From contig OZ241322.1 in the NCBI GenBank assembly GCA_965199715.1, forward strand, positions 1,536,001 through 1,600,000: DNA of 64,000 nt. The letters run 5' to 3'. Numbering within the stretch: the first letter of the stretch is position 1; the number at the start of each line of letters is the position of its first letter. The stretch is from Vicinamibacteria bacterium (GTDB taxonomy: Bacteria > Acidobacteriota > Vicinamibacteria > Marinacidobacterales > Marinacidobacteraceae). The notes beneath the pieces are model-generated. The model made no database searches. It was not told where the DNA came from and was given only the letters and a program-made list of their open reading frames with translations. The position numbers and the translations under genes were made by a program. This document shows positions 19,373 through 28,584 of the stretch, one piece after another.

Positions 19373-20016
19373 GCGACCGCGATCCGGAATTCCGCCCGGA
19401 GTCCGGACCCCGCGTCCCCGGCGACGGTCGCGAGCTGCCGCGCGACCCCGTCCCGGAAGCCGCCGTCGCCCTCGTTGGTCGTCGGATTCGGGCCGCGCCC
19501 GGCGTACGCGCCCGAGCGGTGCACCGCGCTGACCTCGTCCGGAAACGCGATCTGGGTGACGCTGGGCGGGCGCCCGCCGCGGGCGCCCTCGACGTGGACG
19601 TGCGCGGCCCGGCCCCGGTACCAGCCGGGGTAGATCGTGAGGAAGGAGGCCCGGCCGGCGGCGTCCGTGGGCTGCGAGCCCCGCAGCCACGAGTCCGAGG
19701 CCGCCCCGCCGTACTGCGAGTGGTCCCCGTCGGCGTTCACCTGCCAGATCGAGACCTCCGCGCCGCTCACCGGCGCGCAGCCGCCGTCCACGACCGGGAT
19801 CGACAGTTCGAGGTCCGCGCCGGCCCGTCCCCCGCGGACGAACTCGCCGATCGTCGGGAACGGCCCGCGGGTCTCCATGGGGGTCGGCGGGCACGCCGCG
19901 GAGGACGGGGGAGCGGGCGCGGCCGGTGACGGGCCGTCGTCGTCGCAGGCGGACTCGACCGCGGCGCCCAGCGCGACGAGCGCGTGGCGACGGGACAGGC
20001 GGACGGGCGACCTCAA
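19369..20016 (-). CDS. intradiol ring-cleavage dioxygenase-like protein with Tat/lipoprotein-like signal
   Basis: SRRHAL..SAC, TRGPF, IWQVNADG, WLRGSQPTDAAG..FLTIYPGWYRGRAAHVHV; TTGA overlap with phoD stop. Confidence 0.75.
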   Translation of the reverse strand: MRSPVRLSRRHALVALGAAVESACDDDGPSPAAPAPPSSAACPPTPMETRGPFPTIGEFVRGGRAGADLELSIPVVDGGCAPVSGAEVSIWQVNADGDHSQYGGAASDSWLRGSQPTDAAGRASFLTIYPGWYRGRAAHVHVEGARGGRPPSVTQIAFPDEVSAVHRSGAYAGRGPNPTTNEGDGGFRDGVARQLATVAGDAGSGLRAEFRIAVA

Positions 20017-21563
20017 TCCGACTCGCTTTCGGCGCGGACGGCGTGGCGGGTTCCGTGGCCCACGACGAGCCCCGCCGCCCAGCGCTGCTCGTCGGTGCGC
20101 TCCTCCACCGTCGGGACGAAGTACCAGTCGTTGCGCACCCTTCCCGGCTTGAGGTCGAGCACCGAGTAGCCCCGGTGGAAGCCGTCTCCGAAGCTCGCGT
20201 GCGGGTTCGCCGCCTCGATGGCCTCGACTTCCTTCCTCACCTCGGCCTCGGTCTCGAGCCTCCGGAGCAGCGAGCTCGGCGACGAGACCGCGGTGGTCAC
20301 GAAGTCCACCCCGTAGGAGCCGGCGCCGGTGGCCGGGTCGTAACCCGCGAGCGGGTTCCGCGGGACGTCCATGCCCCACGACTGGTGGACGTCGCCGGTG
20401 AGCACCACGAGGTTGTCGATCCGCTCCCGGTCGAGCAGGTCCAAGAGCCGGTTCCGGCTGGCGGCGTAGCCGTCCCACTGGTCGGGGTTCTGCATCCGGC
20501 CGTCGGCGTCGAGGAAGTGCCCCATCATCACCTGCTGGCCGAGCACCGGCCAGCGGATCCCGTCGCGCTTGGACGCGATCAGCTCCTTGAACAGCCACGC
20601 CTCCTGCCGCGCGCCGAGCAGCGTCCGGCCCGGATGCGCCATCGCCTCCACGTCGCCCCACTCGGCCTGCCGCGACCGCCCCACGAGGCGGGTGTCGAGC
20701 ATGACGAGGTCGAGGAGCTTGCCGAACCGGAACGTGCGCCAGGTGCGCTGGCTCGGCCACGGCTCCGGCTCGCGGATGGGCATCCATTCGAAGTACGCCC
20801 GCACCGCGGCCTCGCGGCGGACGAACCAGTCGCCCTCCTCCTCGTCGATCTGGTGGTTCTGCGCCCCGTCGGTCCACGCGTTGTTCGTGATCTCGTGGTC
20901 GTCCCAGACGGTGATGAACGGATGCAGCCGGTGGACCTCCTGGAGATCCGCGTCCGACTTGTACTGGGCGTGGCGGGTCCGGTAGTCGGCGAGCGTGGTG
21001 ATCTCCTTGTTCGGCTCGGGGGCCCGCCCGAACCGGGTTCCGTCGCCGTAGCTCCGGTTGGGGTACTCGTAGAGGTAGTCGCCGAGGTGGAGGACCGCGT
21101 CGAGGTCGTTCCGCTCGGCGATCCGCCGATACACGTTGAAGTAGCCGAAGGGCAGGTTCGAACACGACACGAAGGCGAGCCGGACGTGGTTCGGGTCCCG
21201 GGGCAGCGTCCGCGTGCGTCCCACCGGCGAGCGCTCGCCGAGCGCCTCGAACCGGTAGAAGCACGTCGTCCCCGCCCGCAGCCCGGGGACGGTGACCTTG
21301 AACGTCCAGTCGCGCTCGGGGCCGGTATGGCCCTCGCCGGCGCCGACGACCTCGCGCATCGCCGGATCGACGGCGACCGTCCAGCGCACCGCAACCCGGT
21401 CGTTCGTCCCCGAGACCCGGGTCCACAGCAGCACCCGATCCGTCAGCGGATCGCCGCTCGCGACCCCGTGTCGGAAGGCCGGGCCCTGGGCGAAGGCGGG
21501 AAGGGCGCGCACCGCCGGGAAGGCGGCCGCGGCTCGGAGGAAATGGCGTCGGGAAGGCAGCAT
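20013..21563 (-). CDS. phoD: alkaline phosphatase D family protein
   Basis: Tat signal SRRHFL, FRHGVASGDP, SCSN, HLGDYLYE, WDDHE, LDTR, DQWDGY, GDVH. Confidence 0.92.
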   Translation of the reverse strand: MLPSRRHFLRAAAAFPAVRALPAFAQGPAFRHGVASGDPLTDRVLLWTRVSGTNDRVAVRWTVAVDPAMREVVGAGEGHTGPERDWTFKVTVPGLRAGTTCFYRFEALGERSPVGRTRTLPRDPNHVRLAFVSCSNLPFGYFNVYRRIAERNDLDAVLHLGDYLYEYPNRSYGDGTRFGRAPEPNKEITTLADYRTRHAQYKSDADLQEVHRLHPFITVWDDHEITNNAWTDGAQNHQIDEEEGDWFVRREAAVRAYFEWMPIREPEPWPSQRTWRTFRFGKLLDLVMLDTRLVGRSRQAEWGDVEAMAHPGRTLLGARQEAWLFKELIASKRDGIRWPVLGQQVMMGHFLDADGRMQNPDQWDGYAASRNRLLDLLDRERIDNLVVLTGDVHQSWGMDVPRNPLAGYDPATGAGSYGVDFVTTAVSSPSSLLRRLETEAEVRKEVEAIEAANPHASFGDGFHRGYSVLDLKPGRVRNDWYFVPTVEERTDEQRWAAGLVVGHGTRHAVRAESESD

Positions 21564-21590
21564 TGCATCCGCCAATATACGCGGGGCGCG

Positions 21591-22598
21591 ATGAACGAAC
21601 TGGCGTTTCAGGCGAAGATGCTGCAGCGGGTCTCCCGTACCTACGCCCGCACGATCCCCGTGCTCCCCGACGGGCTGCGCCACGTCGTCGCGAACGCCTA
21701 CCTCCTCTGCCGGCTCGCGGACACCATCGAGGACGAGCCGCAACTCCCGCTCCCGGAGAAGGAAGCGCTCTGGGAGCGGCTCGTCGGGCTCGTGTCCGGC
21801 GGCCCGGGCGGAAGCGACTTCGCCCGCGATCTCGCCGCCGCGCTCTCGGCCGCCTCGCCGCCGGCCGAGCGCGAGCTGGCCCGGGGCGCCGACCGCATCC
21901 TCCGGATCACGTCGCGGTTCCCGCCGGCGCACCGCTTGGCCGAGGAGCGCTGCATCCGGATCATGTGCGAGGGCATGGTCGAGTTCCAGGGCGCCGGAAC
22001 CGGCCTCCGCGACCTCGACCAGCTCGACCGCTACTGCTACGTGGCCGCCGGGGTCGTCGGCGAGCTCATGGTCGATCTGCTGTGCGCGCACTCCGAGGAG
22101 ATCGCCGTGCGGCGCAAGGACCTCCTCGGGCTGGCGCGGTCCCACGCCGAGGGCCTCCAGCTCACCAACATCCTCGTGGACGTCTGGGACGACCGGGACG
22201 AGGGCCGCTGCTGGCTGCCGCGCGAGGTCTTCGAGGCCGAGGGGTTCGATCTCGACCGCCTCGCCCGGGGCGCGCCGCATCCCGGGTTCGACCGGGGGAT
22301 GGACCGCCTCGTCGGAGTCGCCCGGGGCCACCTCGAGGACGCGATCCGCTTCACCCTGCTGATTCCGGCGCGGGAGACCGGAATCCGCCGGCACCTGCTG
22401 TGGGGGATCTGCCTCGCGGTGCTCGCGCTCCGGCGCGTGCATCGGCAGCGGTCGTTCCGCCGGGGCGAGAACGTAAGGCTCTCGCGCTGGCGGGTGGGCG
22501 CGGCGATCCTCGTCGCGAGCGCGGTCGCCGCGCACGACCGGCTGCTGCGGGCCGCGTTCCGCGCCGCGACCCGCGGCCTGGGTCAGCGCTCCGGCTGA
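21591..22598 (+). CDS. squalene/phytoene synthase family protein (paralog 2)
   Basis: VSRTYA, YLLCRLADTIEDE, YCYVAAGVVG, GLQLTNILVDVWDD..GRCWLP. Confidence 0.88.
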   Translation: MNELAFQAKMLQRVSRTYARTIPVLPDGLRHVVANAYLLCRLADTIEDEPQLPLPEKEALWERLVGLVSGGPGGSDFARDLAAALSAASPPAERELARGADRILRITSRFPPAHRLAEERCIRIMCEGMVEFQGAGTGLRDLDQLDRYCYVAAGVVGELMVDLLCAHSEEIAVRRKDLLGLARSHAEGLQLTNILVDVWDDRDEGRCWLPREVFEAEGFDLDRLARGAPHPGFDRGMDRLVGVARGHLEDAIRFTLLIPARETGIRRHLLWGICLAVLALRRVHRQRSFRRGENVRLSRWRVGAAILVASAVAAHDRLLRAAFRAATRGLGQRSG

Positions 22599-25006
22599 GT
22601 CGTCATCTCCGCCCGCGGCGCGGCGTTCTTGACGTGCCGCTCCAGCCACTCGTGCTGCTCCCACAGCGTGTGCATGACCGACTCGCGGGCGACGTAGCCG
22701 TGGCTCTCGTGCGGAAGCATCACGAGCCGCGCCACCGCGCCGTGCCCCTTCAGCGCGTGGTAGTAGCGCCGGCTCTGGACCGGGAAGGTCCCTGAGTTGT
22801 TGTCCACGATCCCGTGGATCAGCAGGATCGGCTCGTTCACCTGGTGGGCGTGCATGAACGGCGACATCCGGAAGTAGATCTCGGGCGCCTCCCAGAAGGT
22901 GCGCGGCTCGCTCTGGAAGCCGAAGGGCGTGAGCGTGCGGTTGAACGCGCCGCTGCGGGCGATCCCGGCCCGGAACACGTCCGAGTGCGAGAGCAGGTTC
23001 GCCGTCATGAACGCCCCGTAGGAATGACCGGCGATGGCCGTCCGGTCGGGGTCGGCGACGCCGCGGCGGACCGCCTCATCGACCGCGGCGCGGGCGCTCC
23101 CGACGAGCTGCTCGACGTAGCTGTCGTTCGGCTCCTCGTCCCCCTCGCCGATGATCGGGATCGTGGCGTTCTCCATGACCGCGTAGCCCTGCGTCAGCCA
23201 GTAGAGCGCCGAGCCCCAGCTCACGAAGCTGAACCGCTGCGGCGAGTCCCGCACCTGGGCCGCGGCCGCCGCGCTCTTGTACTCGCGGGGATACGCCCAG
23301 ACGATCAGCGGGAGCCGTCCGTCGGTCGCCGGGTCGTAGCCGGGCGGGGTGTGCAGCAGCGCGTTCAGCTCCACGCCGTCGGCGCGCTGGTAGCGGATCA
23401 GCTCGCGGCCGGCGCCCTGAAGCCCCGGGTAGGGATGCGGGAAGTCGGTCAGGGCGCGGGCCTCCCCGCCGAGATCGCGCAGGAAGTAGTTCGGCGGCGC
23501 AGTCCGGGTCTCCTTGCGGGTGAGGAGCAGCCCGGCTTCGGGATCGAGCAGCGCCATCGGCTGCTCGAAGGAGTCCGCGTCCGACTGGAAGAGCCGGCGC
23601 CGCTCGCCGCTCTCGAGGTCCCACTCGTCCACGAAGGGCCGGTTGCCCTCGGGAGACGCGCCCTCGGCGGTCAGGTACGCCTTCGAGCCGTCGGCGGACG
23701 TGAGCAGCGCGCGCGCTCCCCGCTCGTTCGTTGTGGTGAGCGGCATGCCCGGTGCGGCGTAGCGGTCCTCGTAGGAGACGTCGAACGCGAGCGTCGGCTC
23801 GCCCGAAGCCGGAATCGTCCAGATCTGCTCGGCGCGGGTGATCCACCAGCGGGTGATCGCGACCCCCCGGTCGTCGCCGAACATCGCCGCCGACATCCGC
23901 AGCGGAACCTGGAGGACGACCTCGGGATCGCCGTCGAACGGCGCGGCGAGCTGCATGAGCTCGTCCCTGACCGGCGCTTCGCGGTGCGGATCGCCGCCGT
24001 CGCGGGCCTCGATCCAGGTGAGCGTCGCGTCGTGGTCGCCCCGCCAGTCCACCGAGCGCGGCCCGGTGGGCGCGGAGTCCCGCCCGATGGGGATCTCCTC
24101 GTGGAGGGGAAGCTCGGCGACCTGGCGCCGGACGTCGCCGTTCGCGTCGCGCACCTCGATCCGCTGCGGGAACCGCGACCAGGGCACGAGCCACGAGAAC
24201 GGTTCGAGGACCGTGGTGACGAGGAAGTGCTCGCCGTCGGGGGCGGGGACGAAGCCGGAGATGAGCGCCGGTCCGGCGATCTCGGTCGCATTCCCGGAGA
24301 GATCGGCGACCACCGCCCGGGCGGCCCCGTAGTAGGCGAACAGCGCGTTGTCGTGCGGGCTCGCGAGCAGGTCCTGGTAGGTCCGGGCAGGGGCGACCCG
24401 CCCGGTGGACTCCTGGATCACCGGCGTGCGGGGCACCGCCGGAGCCTCCGGCGCCATGCCGCGATCCGGATCCACGATACGGACGGCGAGGCGCACGCCG
24501 TCGCTCATCCACCGGTACGGCGACCCGCGGAAGATCGCGTTCACCCCGGAGAGCACCTGGCTGGCGTCGCCGCTCGCGGCCTCGACGACCCAAAGCTCCA
24601 TCGCGTCGTCCCCGGTGTGGGTGAAGGCGAAGCGGGACCCGTCGGGCGACCAGCTCAGGTGGTCGCCCCGCAGCGGATCGGGCAGGCCGGCGATCTCCAC
24701 CGCGCCGCCGTCGATCCGCTGGAGCGTGAGATCCCGGAACATCCGCCGCCGGCTGGCCGCGGTCGCCGCGGGATCGATGCGCAGCCCGGCGAGCCGCAGT
24801 TCGGCGCGGGCGAGCTCGGCCAGCGGCACGAGGCTCGACCGGTGGGTCAGGACCGCGTGGGCCTTGTCGGGCGAGACCGAGATGCCGGGAGTCGGCGAGG
24901 CCTCGGCGATCCGCCGGATCTCCTCGGGAGGGGTCTGGTAGCCCTCCTGCGCGGCGGCGGTCAGCGCGAGCGCGGCGGCCGGAACGATCAGCAGTCGGTG
25001 GCGCAT
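22583..25006 (-). CDS. secreted S9 (prolyl oligopeptidase family) peptidase
   Basis: signal peptide, beta-propeller region, GHSYGA nucleophile elbow, LLIHG..DNN, LPHESH. Confidence 0.9.
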   Translation of the reverse strand: MRHRLLIVPAAALALTAAAQEGYQTPPEEIRRIAEASPTPGISVSPDKAHAVLTHRSSLVPLAELARAELRLAGLRIDPAATAASRRRMFRDLTLQRIDGGAVEIAGLPDPLRGDHLSWSPDGSRFAFTHTGDDAMELWVVEAASGDASQVLSGVNAIFRGSPYRWMSDGVRLAVRIVDPDRGMAPEAPAVPRTPVIQESTGRVAPARTYQDLLASPHDNALFAYYGAARAVVADLSGNATEIAGPALISGFVPAPDGEHFLVTTVLEPFSWLVPWSRFPQRIEVRDANGDVRRQVAELPLHEEIPIGRDSAPTGPRSVDWRGDHDATLTWIEARDGGDPHREAPVRDELMQLAAPFDGDPEVVLQVPLRMSAAMFGDDRGVAITRWWITRAEQIWTIPASGEPTLAFDVSYEDRYAAPGMPLTTTNERGARALLTSADGSKAYLTAEGASPEGNRPFVDEWDLESGERRRLFQSDADSFEQPMALLDPEAGLLLTRKETRTAPPNYFLRDLGGEARALTDFPHPYPGLQGAGRELIRYQRADGVELNALLHTPPGYDPATDGRLPLIVWAYPREYKSAAAAAQVRDSPQRFSFVSWGSALYWLTQGYAVMENATIPIIGEGDEEPNDSYVEQLVGSARAAVDEAVRRGVADPDRTAIAGHSYGAFMTANLLSHSDVFRAGIARSGAFNRTLTPFGFQSEPRTFWEAPEIYFRMSPFMHAHQVNEPILLIHGIVDNNSGTFPVQSRRYYHALKGHGAVARLVMLPHESHGYVARESVMHTLWEQHEWLERHVKNAAPRAEMTTQPER

Positions 25007-25059
25007 GAGGAACCCTCCTGGGGGGAACCGCCAATCCTACGCCGGATACGATTCGGAAC

Positions 25060-25977
25060 GTGTCCCGCCTCGCCGTCGTCCTCCTCGCGTGCCTCCTGCT
25101 CGGCGGACAGGAAGCCCCGCTCCGCACCGCCGATCCGTTCCAGCGGGGCCTGACCGAGGCCGATTTTCCGCGGGTGCGGGAGCTCGCGCCCGGCGTGTAC
25201 TCCTACGCGCAGCTTCGTTCGGCCGGGGAGGAGCTCTTCACCACGGTGAGCCTCTTCGTCGTGACCGACGAGGGCGTGCTCGTGGCCGACGGGCAGGGCG
25301 ACTTCGAGGAGACGTCGCGGATGGTCGAGATGATCGGCGGGATCACCGACCAGCCGATCACCCACGTCGTGATCTGCTCGGACCACGGCGACCACACCGC
25401 CGGCAACGGCGCGTTCCCCGAGGGAGTCGAGTACGTCGTCCACGAGAATTCGGTCGCGCCGATGGAGGCGATGGTGGAGCGCATCCCCGGGATCCCCATG
25501 CCGCGAACGGTGATCGGTGACCGGCTCGACCTGACGCTCGGCGGCCGGGAGATCCAGGTCCGCTTCCTCGGGCGGGCGCACACCGGCGGCGATCTGGTGG
25601 TGTTCCTGCCCGAGGAGAGCGTGCTGTTCCTCGGCGAGACCTTCCTCCACCGGGTGTACCCGGCGATGCGCTCGGCCTACCCCACCGAGTGGGTCGCGAT
25701 GCTCCGGGCCGCCCAGGCCTTGGGGGCGCGTTGGAACGTGCCCGGGCACGGGTTCGTGGACGACCCCGACGTCCTCGAGGAGGAGCTCGGCGTCGCGGTC
25801 GAGGCCATCGAGACGGTGATCGCCGAATCCACCCGCCTCCACGGCCTCGGCCTCTCCCCGGAGGAAGCGCTGGAGCGGGCCGACTTCGGCGATCTGGAGA
25901 CCTGGTCGCTGCGGGACAGCCAGCGCGGCATGGCGCTGCGGCGCGTCTATCTGGAGCTCGACGGCGAACTGCCTTGA
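25060..25977 (+). CDS. secreted MBL-fold metallo-hydrolase (cyclase-like, degenerate metal motif)
   Basis: SDHGDH in place of HxHxDH, AHTGGD, VPGHG; TACGAT 7 nt before GTG. Confidence 0.78.
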   Translation: MSRLAVVLLACLLLGGQEAPLRTADPFQRGLTEADFPRVRELAPGVYSYAQLRSAGEELFTTVSLFVVTDEGVLVADGQGDFEETSRMVEMIGGITDQPITHVVICSDHGDHTAGNGAFPEGVEYVVHENSVAPMEAMVERIPGIPMPRTVIGDRLDLTLGGREIQVRFLGRAHTGGDLVVFLPEESVLFLGETFLHRVYPAMRSAYPTEWVAMLRAAQALGARWNVPGHGFVDDPDVLEEELGVAVEAIETVIAESTRLHGLGLSPEEALERADFGDLETWSLRDSQRGMALRRVYLELDGELP

Positions 25978-28202
25978 ACCGGACGGCTCTCGTCCTGGGG
26001 CTGCTTCTCCCCGCCGGGGCCCAGGCGCAGAACCGGATAAGCGGACAGGTCGTGGTCGAGCCGACCGGGCGCCCCGCCGCCGGGGCGGAGGTCGCGCTCG
26101 CCGGGACCGGGATCGAGGTTCGGGCGGACGAGGAGGGCCGGTTTGTTTTCGAGGACGTGGAAGTCGGCGCTTCGGTCTCGGTGCGCGTCCGTCTCGGCCC
26201 GCTCGCGGGCGAGGTCGCCGTCGCTGCGACTCCGGGGACCGACGTGACGCTGGATCCCATTCGGATCGGGATCGCGGGCGCCGCCCACGAACACGTGACG
26301 GTGCACGCGCTCGGAGGGCGGACTTCGACCTTCGGCGCGGTCACTTCGTTCGAGGGCGCGCAGTTGGTCGAGGGGTCGCCGACTCTCGCCGAACTCCTCG
26401 AAGGCGCCCCGGGCGTATCCATCCGGAGCCTCGGTCCCGGCCCGGCGCGCCCGATCATCCGCGGCTTCGACGGCGACCGGGTGGTCATCCTCGAGGACGG
26501 CGTCCGCACCGGCGACCTGAGCAGCCAGGCGGCGGAGCACGGCATGGCGCTCGATCCGGCGCGGGCGGAGCGCGTCGAAGTCATGCGCGCCCCGGCCTCG
26601 CTGCTCTACTCGTCGAGCGCGGTCGGCGGCGCGGTGCAGATCGTCTCGCCGGTCTCCGAGTCGTCCGCCATCGACGGCTTCGAGGGCCGCGCCAGCCTCG
26701 GCCTGACCGGCGCCGACGGGGGGCGCCATGGGAGCGCCCGGTTCGAGACCGGCGACGGGAGGTGGCTCGCGTGGAGCGGCGGGAGCGTCCGGCGGACCTC
26801 GGACTACCGCTCGCCGCTCGGAACCGTGTCCGGGTCGGCGACGGAAATGCGCCAGGGAGAGGCGGGGCTCGCGCTCCACGCCGACCACGCCCGGCTCGCC
26901 CTGAGCGCCCGCATGGACGACAGCCGCTTCGGCGTGCCGATGGCGGGCATGCTGCACGGCGCGGGGGACGAGGGCGTATCCGTGGACGTCGAGACCGCCC
27001 GGCGGCAGTTGCGCGCCGACGTGGGGCTCCGGGATCTCGGCCCGATCGCCGACGAGGCGCGTTTCGTGTTTCATTTCAGCGACTTCCGGCAGGATGAGGT
27101 CGAGACCGAGGGGAGCGGCCCGCCCGCGCTGGAGACCCGCCACGACAACCGCTCGCTGGTCGTGCGCGCCGACGTCCTCCGACGGGGCTCCCGCATCGAG
27201 AGCCGCGTCGGATTCTGGGGGCAGCTCCGGGACTTCGGTTCGGCCGGCCCGGAGGCGCTGGCGCCCGACGTGACGCACGTCGCGATCGCGGCGTTCGGCC
27301 TCGGCGAGATGCGGGTCGCCGACCGCCTCGCGCTGCTGCTCGGCGCGCGCCTCGAACAGAACGCGTACCACGCCGGGAATCGGGGGAGCCGCGAGGACGA
27401 TGACGACGAAGGGCCCGAGCTCGAGGCGCCGGTCGCCATTGACCGGGAGTTCGCCGGAGCCTCGGCGAGCGCCGGCTTCTCGTTCGATCTCGGCGGCGAC
27501 GCCGCGGTCGCGCTGAACGGAACCTTCGCGTCGCGGGCTCCGGCGCTCGAGGAGCTCTACAACTTCGGCCTCGACGCCGGCGTCCAGGCGTTCGAGGTCG
27601 GCGACCCGCACCTCGACGAGGAATCCATCCGGGGCGTGGATCTCAGCGTTCGCCGCGACGCGGACGCCGGATCGGGGAGCCTCACCTTCTTCCGGTACGC
27701 GATCGCGAACGCGACGTGGGGCGCGGCGCGCGCGGGGGCGGACGGCGTCGCCCTCATCGAGACCATGCAGGCGGACGCCGTGTATCTCGGGACGGAGCTG
27801 GACGCCCGCATCCGGATCGGGAGCGCGACGCTGCGCGCCACGGCCTCCTGGGTGGACGCGAAGTTTCCTGGCCGGTCACGGTTCGCCCCGCGGATTCCTC
27901 CGCTCCATGGCCGGATGCGGCTGGACCTTCCGGTCGCCGGAATGCGGTTCTCGCCGGCGCTGCGCTGGGCGCTGCGGATGGACCGCGTCCACGAGAGCGA
28001 GACCCCGACCGACGGCTTCGCGGTCTGGGACGCGACGCTCTCCCGGCTGTGGATCGTCGGCGGCGCCGAGCACCACGTCTCGCTCGTGGCCAGAAACCTC
28101 GCCGACTCGGTCTATCGCCGTCACACATCGGTCATCAAGGACGTGGCCGCGCAGGCCGGCCGCGGCGTCAACGTGGCGTGGGCCATCCGCTTCCGCCGTT
28201 GA
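25974..28202 (+). CDS. TonB-dependent receptor, ZnuD-like family (copy 1, His-poor)
   Basis: signal peptide, N-terminal Ig-like domain, plug motif GPGPARPIIRGFDGDRV, RAPALEELY; TTGA overlap with MBL gene. Confidence 0.88.
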   Translation: MNRTALVLGLLLPAGAQAQNRISGQVVVEPTGRPAAGAEVALAGTGIEVRADEEGRFVFEDVEVGASVSVRVRLGPLAGEVAVAATPGTDVTLDPIRIGIAGAAHEHVTVHALGGRTSTFGAVTSFEGAQLVEGSPTLAELLEGAPGVSIRSLGPGPARPIIRGFDGDRVVILEDGVRTGDLSSQAAEHGMALDPARAERVEVMRAPASLLYSSSAVGGAVQIVSPVSESSAIDGFEGRASLGLTGADGGRHGSARFETGDGRWLAWSGGSVRRTSDYRSPLGTVSGSATEMRQGEAGLALHADHARLALSARMDDSRFGVPMAGMLHGAGDEGVSVDVETARRQLRADVGLRDLGPIADEARFVFHFSDFRQDEVETEGSGPPALETRHDNRSLVVRADVLRRGSRIESRVGFWGQLRDFGSAGPEALAPDVTHVAIAAFGLGEMRVADRLALLLGARLEQNAYHAGNRGSREDDDDEGPELEAPVAIDREFAGASASAGFSFDLGGDAAVALNGTFASRAPALEELYNFGLDAGVQAFEVGDPHLDEESIRGVDLSVRRDADAGSGSLTFFRYAIANATWGAARAGADGVALIETMQADAVYLGTELDARIRIGSATLRATASWVDAKFPGRSRFAPRIPPLHGRMRLDLPVAGMRFSPALRWALRMDRVHESETPTDGFAVWDATLSRLWIVGGAEHHVSLVARNLADSVYRRHTSVIKDVAAQAGRGVNVAWAIRFRR

Positions 28203-28207
28203 CGTGC

Positions 28208-28216
28208 TGCTAACAT
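28208..28216 (+). promoter_or_regulatory. extended -10 promoter TGCTAACAT of leader peptide 1
   Basis: TGn-TAACAT 11 nt before ATG 28228; same element and spacing at 31046. Confidence 0.6.
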
Positions 28217-28227
28217 GGTCGGCCGCC

Positions 28228-28491
28228 ATGCCTCCCCGCGCCCGATTCCTCGTAGTCGGGCTCGCGGCCTGCCTGCTGGTCGCCGCGCCCCTCGCGCTGG
28301 CCCTGCATGAGCACGAGGCGGAAGAGCACTGCGATCCGTGTCGCATGGGCGGTCCCTCGCTCGGGGCCCTCCGGTTCGACCCCGTTCTGGTCACGGCGCC
28401 GCAGCCCGAGGAATGCGTCCTCGAGGCGCACCCGGCCCCGCGTTCGGAAGCGCGATCGACCACGTGCGGTCCACGCGCTCCGCCGGCCTGA
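28228..28491 (+). CDS. secreted leader/arrest peptide with HxH, CxxC and C-terminal RAPP (CruR/CutF/DUF2946-like), 87 aa
   Basis: MPPRARFLVVGLAACLLVAAPLALA-LHEHEAEEHCDPC...GPRAPPA*; directly upstream of a TonB receptor; paralog at 31066. Confidence 0.85.
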   Translation: MPPRARFLVVGLAACLLVAAPLALALHEHEAEEHCDPCRMGGPSLGALRFDPVLVTAPQPEECVLEAHPAPRSEARSTTCGPRAPPA

Positions 28492-28553
28492 CGGTCGGCG
28501 CGCAAACTCTCGGGATCGGGCCGCCCCCGCCGGCGGGCCTCTAGCAGTTCGTC

Positions 28554-28577
28554 CCTCCATGTCCTCACGCAGGAGGT
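28554..28577 (+). promoter_or_regulatory. putative SD-sequestering hairpin of TonB receptor 2
   Basis: CCTCC (28554-28558) complementary to GGAGG (28572-28576), 8 nt before ATG 28585. Confidence 0.55.
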
Positions 28578-28584
28578 GCGTTCA

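Noticed and set aside
28228-28491. The leader ORFs as RiPP precursors or lipoproteins
   Set aside because: No modifying enzymes are nearby, the Cys sits mid-signal followed by more hydrophobic residues, and conservation is concentrated at the terminal RAPPA
28492-28584. Cobalamin or other riboswitch, or Zur/Fur box, before the receptors
   Set aside because: The gaps are only 82-93 nt and I saw no B12-box or AT-rich palindrome; the uORF explains the layout better. An Rfam scan would settle it
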